A DNA stretch of 64,000 bases from contig CP068257.2 in assembly GCA_009914755.4 (NCBI GenBank), positions 18,816,001-18,880,000 of the forward strand. Direction: 5' to 3'. The translations under genes and the position numbers were made by a program. The DNA is from the human T2T-CHM13v2.0 reference genome, Homo sapiens. The first letter of the stretch is position 1, and each line of letters begins with the position of its first letter. Below, piece by piece: positions 55,235 to 64,000 of the stretch. The notes beneath the pieces were generated by a model that was not told the DNA's origin, did no database searches, and saw nothing but the letters and a program-made list of their open reading frames with translations.

Positions 55235-57533
55235 TTGTATTAGTCCATTCTCATGCTGTTATAAAGAACTGCCCAAGACTGGGTAATCTACAAAGGTAAG
55301 AGGATTAATTGACTGACAGTTCCACATTGCTGGGAAGGCCTCAGGAAACTTACAATCATAGTGGAAGGCAAAAGAGAAGCAGGTACCTTCTTCACAGGTG
55401 GCAGGATGGAGTGAGTGCAAGTAGGGGAAATGCCAGATGCTTGTAAATCCATCAGATCTTGTGAGACTCCCTCACTATCACAAGAACTGCTTGGGGTAAA
55501 CTGTTTCCATGATCTGAGTTCCACCACCTGGTCTTGCCCTTAACATGTAGGGATTATGGGGATCATAATTCAAGATGAGATTTTGGGTGGGGACACAGCC
55601 AAACCATGTAAGTCTGTACCTGGCCCCTTCCAAATCTCATGTCCTCACATTTCAAAACACAATCATGCCCTTCCAACACTTTCTCAAAGTCTTACCTCAT
55701 TCCAACATTAACCCAAATGTATGAGTCCAATGTCTTTTTTGAGACAAGACAATTCCTTTTGACTGTCAACCTGTAAAATCAAAAGCAAATTAGTTACTTT
55801 CTAGATAAGATGTGGTTACACACCTTGGGTGTGTAAATGTAACCATTCCAAACAGAAGAAATTGGCCAAAACAAAGGGGCTGCAGGCCCCATACACGTCC
55901 AAAATCCAATAGGGCAGTCATTAAACCTTAAAGTTCCAAAATAATATCTTTTGACTACATGTCTCACGTCCAGGTTATGCTGATGCAAGAGGTGGGCTCC
56001 CGCAGCTTTGGGCAGCTCTGCCCTGTGGTTTAGCAGGGTACAGTCCCCCCCCCGGCTGCTTTCATGGGCTGGCATTTAGTGCCTGTGGCTCTTCCAGGTG
56101 CTCAGCGCAAGCCATTGGTGGATCTACCATTCTGGGGTCTGGAGGATGGTGGCCCTCTTCTCATAGCTCCCCTAGACCGCAGTGGGGACTCTGTGTGGAG
56201 GCTCTGACTCCAGATTTCTCTTCCACACTGCCCTGGCAGAGGTTCTCCATGGGGCCTCTGCCCCTGCAGCAAACTTCTACCTGGACACCCAGGCATTTCC
56301 ATAGGTCCTCTTAAATCTAGGCAGAGGTTCTCAAACCTCAATTCTTGACTCCTCTGCACCTGCAGGCTCAACACCATGTGGAAGCTGCCAAGGCTTGAGG
56401 CTTGCAACCTCTGAAGCAACAGCCCAAGCTGTATGTTGTCCCCTTTTAGCCACGGATGGAGCTGAAGCAGCTGGGATGCAGGGCACCATGTCTGGAGGCT
56501 GCATACAGCAGGGGGGCCCTGAGCCAGGCCCACGAAACCATTTGTATCTCCTAGGCCTCTGGGCTTGTGGTGGGAGGGGCTCCCATGAAGGTCTTTGACA
56601 TGCATTGGAGACATTTTTCCCACTGTCTTGGTGATTAACATTTGGTTTCTTGTTACACATGCAAATTTTTGTGGCTGGCTTGAATTTCTCCCCCAGAAAA
56701 TAGGGTTTTCTTTTCTGTCATATTATCAGGCTGCAAATTTTCTAAGTTTTTATGCTCTGTTTCCTCTTGAACGCTTTGCTGCTTAACATTTTCTTTTGCC
56801 AGATACCATAAATCATCTCTGTCAAGTTCAAAGTTCCACAACTCTCTAGGGCAGGGGCAAAATGCTGCCAGACTCTTTGCTAAAGCATAGCAAGAATCAT
56901 CTTTGCTCCAGTTCCCAACAAGTTCCTTATTTCTATCTGAGACCACTTCAGCCCGGACTTCATTGCCCATATCACTATCAGCATTTTACTCAAAACCTTT
57001 CAAGTCTCTAGGAAGTTCCAAACTTTTCCACATCTTCCTATCTTCTTCTGAGCCCTCCAAGCTGTTCCGACTTCTGTCTGTTACCTAGTTCCAAAGTAAC
57101 TTCCCCATTTTTTGGGTATTTTTACAGCAGAGCCCCACTACCTCAGTACTAATTTACTGTATTAGTCCATTCTCACACTGCTATAGAGAACTGTCCGAGA
57201 CTGGGTAATTTATAAAGGAAAGGTGTTTAATTGACTCACTGCTTTGCATGGCTGGGGAGCCCTCAGAAAACTTACAATCATGGTGAAAGGCAAAGGAGAA
57301 GCAGGCACTTTCTTCACAGGGTGGCAGGATGGAGTGAGTGCAAGCAGAGGAAACGCCAGACACTTATAAAACCGTCAGATCTGGTGAAACTCACTCACTA
57401 TCAAGAGAACAGCATGGGAGAAACTGCCCTCATGCTCTAATTACCTCCACCTGGTCCTGCCCTTGATACATGGGGATTATTGGGATTATATTTCAAAATG
57501 AGATTTTGGGTGGGGACACAGCCAAACTATATC
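55235..57533 (-). mobile_element. THE1/MSTA-type (ERVL-MaLR) element, copy C, full-length (~2.3 kb): LTR (55235-~55610), internal region (55611-57157), LTR (57158-57533). Minus orientation, in unique DNA.
   Basis: The LTRs run 'tgtattagtccattctcatgctgttataaagaactgcccaagactgggtaatctacaaaggtaagaggattaattgactgacagttccacattgctgggaaggcctcaggaaacttacaatcatagtggaaggcaaaagagaagcaggtacc...' and 'tgtattagtccattctcacactgctatagagaactgtccgagactgggtaatttataaaggaaaggtgtttaattgactcactgctttgcatggctggggagccctcagaaaacttacaatcatggtgaaaggcaaaggagaagcaggcac...gagattttgggtggggacacagccaaactatatca'. The internal region is homologous to copies A and B, with ORFs 56653-56970 and 56102-56641 on the minus strand. Confidence 0.9.
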
Positions 57534-58077
57534 ATGCTTCTCTGTGAATGTATCTTTGGAATTCTTAGATTTGCAGCAGCAGCTCTTCCCAGGCCATAGC
57601 TTTCTCTTCTCATTGTCGCAAATCCCACCATCAATTTTCCAAAGCGAATAGATATTCTCCTTCCAGGCTAGACTCTGTCAGGCTGTCATGACTGCTTTCA
57701 GAAACAACTGTGCTTCTGGTTTTGAAAGCAGACTTTTCTGTGTTTGATGGAGGATGTTTATATCATGAAGGTTAACTTATAGGGACTGCAGAATCATCAC
57801 ACAGCATAATGGAAGGAAAAGTAACTGGATGAAGGCTGAATTACAATCTATAAATAAGGGTAGCTGCTGCTATTCTATTTAGACGGCAGCAAGAAAAGGT
57901 AGGACAAAAAAAAAAAAGCAATGAAGGAAAAATAGATGAAGTAGGAATTAAAATTTAACTTTTTGCCAAATGGAATTCTTAAGGAGAATGAAGCAAAGAT
58001 GATTAAAACCTTAATGTTTCCAAATCTCTCAGTTTTGCCTAAATCCCATTTCTTACATAGGCTCTAGATGCTAGCAT

Positions 58078-58294
58078 AGGTGTCCAATCTTTTGGCTTCC
58101 CTGGGCCACATTGGAAGAAGAACTGTGTTGGGCCACACATTAAATACACTAACACTAACGACCGCTAATGACCTAAAAAAAATGACCAAAAAAACCGCAT
58201 AAAGTTTTAAGAAAGTTTATGAATTTGTGTTGGGCCACATTCAAAGCCACCCTGGGCCACATGTGGTCTATGGGCAATGGGGTTGGACAAGCTT
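58078..58294. mobile_element. Palindromic non-autonomous DNA transposon (MITE), ~215 bp; family name uncertain (MER53-like is my best guess)
   Basis: 'aggtgtccaatcttttggcttccctgggccacattggaagaagaactgtgttgggccacacattaaatacactaacactaacgaccgctaatgacctaaaaaaaatgaccaaaaaaaccgcataaagttttaagaaagtttatgaatttgtgttgggccacattcaaagccaccctgggccacatgtggtctatgggcaatggggttggacaagc'. The left half ('ggcttccctgggccacattggaagaagaactgtgttgggccacac') is the reverse complement of the right half ('gtgttgggccacattcaaagccaccctgggccac'), giving terminal inverted repeats around 'tgtccaa'. Confidence 0.6.
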
Positions 58295-58394
58295 GATCTA
58301 GACTTGAGAATGGTATTGACTATCAGCAAAGTTCAAACGATATGAATGCTAAACTTCAATCTTTTTAGAAACTCTGTACAATAAGTTGATGTAA

Positions 58395-58761
<367 letters not shown>

Positions 58762-60370
58762 TAAAAATTATTTTAAAATAACAGGTAAGTTGTGCTTTTT
58801 TATAAATTCAAGTGATTGTTACTTTCCTGGGTGCCAGGAAAATCAAAATTGGCTAGTTGGGTTTCAGAACTTTAAGAAAAGTCTTTCACTTACATGTTCC
58901 ACTTGAAGTAAATATCGAAGACATTTGCTTAGCAATAATTATATTGTTTAAGGAGGTTTGTGATTGTTTGTGCTTATAACCATTTCCTGATTTAGTCTCA
59001 TGAAATTACTTTAACAACTTTCACCCTTCAGCTGCCATACAAACAGGTATGTCTAAAAGGCAGTTTCCTCAGAAGCAGACTCTGTGGGAGAGATACTTAC
59101 ATAAGTGATCTTCAGGGGGTACTGGCAGAAGAAACCTACAGGGCAGTGAGAGATACATAAACAGGGAAGGGAAAGAGGCTACGCTAAGGCTCAGGTGAAG
59201 GGTAGTCTCATATGAGCACGTGAGTAGCTCTGGAGCATAAACTCCAATACCAGATTTTTCCCAAATATTAGGGAACTGAGCTCAGGAATTGTCTAGAAGC
59301 TGCCCTAAGAACTGGAGGACGGTATAGCATCCCAGGCATTAGCCAAGAAGTTTCCTATTGGCTATGGGCAATTTTTGATGAAGAATGCAAGTATGAGTTG
59401 CTGGTTTCTAACACCTGCAGCAGCTAATGGTGAGAGTAGTAGCCTGGTTAAAAAAAAAAATCTGGGTGGAACATCATCAATATTGGTTACAAGGAAGAAC
59501 AGAAGCAGTGAGCAGTAAATTAAGTTGAGAAAGTCTTCAGAGTTATTTTCCTTAAAGATCGTAAATACTCTAGTGAGCAGTTGCATCTTTGAACTTATAG
59601 AAGCAATAATTTGCCACTACAAAAACCCCCAGATGGATTGAACCAAGCATTCCCAGAATCTTGTTTCAAATGATGTTTTTTTTACATTCATTCATGACTT
59701 TCCCTTCATCCTGCATCATATAATATCATGTAAATGTCAAACAAAGAAATCATGCTGTAATTTCTCCATAGAACTAGGGGAAAAATGAACAGGGCCAGCC
59801 TTAGCTATCTAACTCTACCTTAATCACCGAAGAAGATAGTAAATACCTTGCAAGGCAAAAGGCAATGCCAATGGACTGCAGAGAAAAAAAAAGAAAGAGG
59901 AATGCAAATCGAGTTAAATTTGAAATACACTCTGGTATTACCTGCCCCTTAAGTTGGAGATAAAGTCATGACAGCATTTTATTAAATATTCTTCCTTAAT
60001 CTTACACAATAATCTATATGCCTTACATATATGTCAATTGTCTTCCAAAGAAACTGATTATGTAATAACTGCATGTATTCAAACCTTTACTAACAACTCA
60101 GAAAAGAAAGTATATATTCATCTTAATATAATGAAAAATATACATCAATATTCAATGCAGATAATATATGTAAATGCTCAATTTAGGCAAAATATTTATA
60201 GACAATACATTATGAAAAGTAACTAACAATAGAATAATAATTTTTTGCTGTTTAAGTATAAGTTCTTCTGGGGAAAGTATAGACTATTTTAAGCACGAAT
60301 CAACAATAAAGTTCATATTTCACTTAAATTTATAAACACAACACATGCATGTATAAATACATATATATAG

Positions 60371-60697
<327 letters not shown>

Positions 60698-63466
60698 ATA
60701 TGTATACATAAAGTTTTAAAAGCTGATTTAATCATGTCCCTTCTGTCAAGAGAATGGAATAAATAGACTATGTGTGGAATGTGTTCATGGTAATACTCTA
60801 TTGCTTTGAGGCTGGTTCCTCTTATCATGTTATTACTGCTCATTCTTGAATGGGTGATTTAATCAGAGGTTTTTAAGATAAAAGAACATAGTGAAGGTTC
60901 TGCATATAGAGTTTTCCCAGTTTCACAACATGCAGCTATTTAGCATAGGTGTTTCTATAACTGTTATAACACTGCCAGCTTTTGATTTTGTTTATAGTGC
61001 CGTGGGGATCCACTGCAGCCTGTGGCATCACAGACAAGGCAGCATCTGGCGCTGTGAGATGGGAGAGGAGAATTCTAGTTGTAGAGTACTAAAACATTTG
61101 CTAGCACAAATCTGCTCAGGATTTCCTTTTCTCCCTCCCCATGGTAATTTTGTTTTTCTCCATTTATACAAAGTGTAAATAGATCAAAAACCCGTTTATT
61201 GAAGAATCACAAACAGCAAAGTGAGAAATCTAATTTAGAAGAATAAGCCCATTCTGTGCCCAAACATTTTTTTGTGTTTTTTTTTTATTCATGCAGTTTG
61301 GCATTATCTAACATTTGGTTTTTCCTTCATTATACTGAGAAACATTTTAGTCATCTTATATAGTTCTCTGATAATTTTTTTCTTTCAGAGGTCATATTGA
61401 GAAGCTATGCCTTTTTCATCCTTTATAGAAGTGATATTCTTGGAACACACTCTGCTTGCTATTCTTCTAATATCTACAAAAATATACAAAAGAGATAATG
61501 AAATATTTATAATGAAACATTGTACTACAAATTAAGTTTCATTGGAGTGAAATAGAAGCCTATCTCAGAGTATGATTCCATTGGACAATATGGTCATTAT
61601 ATATATATATTTTCCTATATTACTTTGCTCTAATTGTACTATGATTTATTTCTATAATTTCACATACTTAGTTCTTCTACATGTAAATTATATATGAATT
61701 GCATTTTATATTTTGAATATTTATAAATAAATACTAATCTATAATTTTCTTTGAAGCAAATTTTTTCCAGTTATAAAAACACAAATGCTATGAAATAAAG
61801 CAGAATCACTTCAGTACTAGTTAATAGATTCTTCTCCGGTGGCTGTAAGAGGCATTTTCTTGTTTATTGACACTTTATGGCATACGTTTTTGGGTTAGAT
61901 TCTTAATAAAATGGATGTAACTGTCAGTCCAAGAAACATATCTTTTCTACAGACATGTTTAGTTTGATTTTACAGTGTTAAAAATAGCGCCACTAACATT
62001 CAAAAGTTGGAAGATTTCACATAAACATGTTAAAATAAGGCTTCTCTTGAAAAAAAATGGGAAATGCTGGTTGTAATAGACCCTAATTTTAACCTGGCAA
62101 CACTTGGCTGCAGTTGAATGGCAATGTTTACTTCAGTTGGCAGTGCCCACCATATTCTCTGGTGACATAGTGAATGCTTACAAACTTCAACTCAGCCTTT
62201 TGAGTTTTTTTTTTTCTTTTTCCTATTTAAACAAACAACAAGGTCCCAGTAGAGACTTGAGTTTGGGAATCCTGCCCAAACAGATTTTGTTTATTATCAT
62301 TGTTACTTTTTTTTGCTTTTGCTTTTACACAGTCTAAGGTAAGTATCCTTCAGTTCAAACAATCAGAGGTATTCTGGTCAAGCTTCCTGAAAAATTAGAT
62401 GAAACTTTCATTCAATAAGATCATAATTCACTATATTTTTTCTTTAATTTTTATACAATTATTCTTATACAAACCGTTCATTAATAAAAATAAAATGTAA
62501 CACGTTTAAAATTTAAAAGTACATGTTTCATTCACAAAGAACATTTTGATGTAATATATTCCAGATCACTCACATAGGTTAAAAAATATTTAAAACAGAC
62601 TTTTAACAGTCAGCAATATGCTGGTAACATTACATATATATGTATGTATAAATGAATATTTATTTATTTTTAAAGTGATTATAGTCTAGTGACTAATTTA
62701 CAACATATGTTTACAATGAAAATATAAACCCATTCGATGCCAAAATAATACATGACTGCATTATCATTTTAATGGCTATATAATATTCTATTTCATGGAT
62801 ATTAAAAAGAATTACTACTATGGACTACAACGGATCTTCCATTATGAGCATTCAGATTCCATGGACGTTTTTGCTATTAGGAACATTGCTTCCTGGACAT
62901 CACTAATGCAGAAATTTCCCAGCTGTGCTTAGTTATTACCTGGAGATAAATTCTTGATGAAATTTAGCCCGATGAAAGTACCCATATTTCGAAGACTCTA
63001 ATGCCTGTTATCACATTGCACTTAGAAATATTACAACGATTCACACTTCTACCAACAGCATATGAGGAAACCAACTTCTCCTCACCACATAGTGGTATTA
63101 GCATTCCATTAACAGAGAGGTATTCACTTAATGAGGTTTTAGAATACAGAAAACTAATTTGTAAATAGCAGTCCCGATGTTATTTCAGCACAGGGATGTG
63201 TCCATTAAAGTCCGTGGTGTCCAATCATTCATTTTGCATGAGTGCTATGGCAGAGTGATCAAGGCCCCGTGACCTAGGGTGAGTTCTGGAGACAATCTGC
63301 CCAGATTTAAGTGTAGCATTACTGCTTACTAGCAGTACTATTTCAATTGCAGACTACTTATTTTGTCTCTTTTTTGTGCTTTTAGAAAATGCAAAATATC
63401 TTACAGAGTACGTAAAATGAAAACTTTTATAATATCATAATATATATTATTTACTTTTCTTTTTCA

Positions 63467-63590
63467 TTATACTTTAAGTTCTAGGGTACATGTGCACAAC
63501 GTGCAGGTTTGTTACATAGGTATACATGTGCCATGTTGGTTTGCTGCTCCCATCAACTCGTCATTTACATTAGGTATTTCTTCTATGATT
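63467..63590 (-). mobile_element. Very short L1PA-type 3'-terminal fragment (~120 bp), antisense
   Basis: It reads 'tatactttaagttctagggtacatgtgcacaacgtgcaggtttgttacataggtatacatgtgccatgttggtttgctgctcccatcaactcgtcatttacattaggtat', preceded by a T-rich tail 'tttacttttctttttcat'. Confidence 0.85.
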
Positions 63591-63669
63591 TACTTTTCAA
63601 TGAAGTAGGTAAAGACTAGTTTACATACCTAAAACATATCATTCAGAGTTATATTATTAGCAAACATGA

Positions 63670-63999
<330 letters not shown>

Positions 64000-64000
64000 A

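Noticed and set aside
43527-57533. Idea that THE1 copies A, B and C are products of a local segmental duplication
   Set aside because: Their homologous ORFs differ at about one residue in four, their LTRs differ, and their flanks are unrelated (L1 at two different positions versus unique DNA). Independent insertions fit better.

Overview
This 64-kb window looks like primate, almost certainly human, nuclear DNA. It is AT-rich and gene-poor, and I found no prokaryotic-style operons, CRISPR arrays, rRNA or tRNA genes. About half of it is recognisable transposable elements.

Elements identified from the sequence itself:
- At least 12 Alu elements or Alu monomers, several with target-site duplications (TSDs) I could read.
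- Several L1 copies: an antisense ORF2-region L1 at 1-3330, a sense L1 at ~5790-8250 carrying a nested L1PA 3' fragment with a clean TSD, and a ~7-kb near-full-length older L1 (antisense, ~43305-53950) that is itself split by two THE1 (ERVL-MaLR) proviral insertions and an AluJ.
- Three LTR-internal-LTR THE1 elements plus two solo THE1/MST LTRs, all on the minus strand within 17.5 kb.
- One MLT2 (ERVL) LTR, a near-full-length Tigger1 DNA transposon, and a palindromic MITE-like element.
- Microsatellites, including a ~33-unit (TTTTA)n grown out of an antisense Alu tail, a compound (CA)n(GA)n, a T35 run and a ~210-bp AT-rich block.

I could not support any protein-coding exon. Every ORF of 100 aa or more in the supplied track is a TE remnant (Alu, THE1 internal region, Tigger1) or a translation of simple repeats. 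Stretches at roughly 3330-4700, 8250-10840, 11460-15480, 16025-20960, 24280-26050, 26215-32390, 33045-34725, 41685-42890, 53990-55235, 57533-58075, 58775-60380 and 60700-63460 look unique or contain only diverged ancient repeats I cannot name. Family names and coordinates (about +/-20 bp) are from memory of consensus sequences, not database searches.
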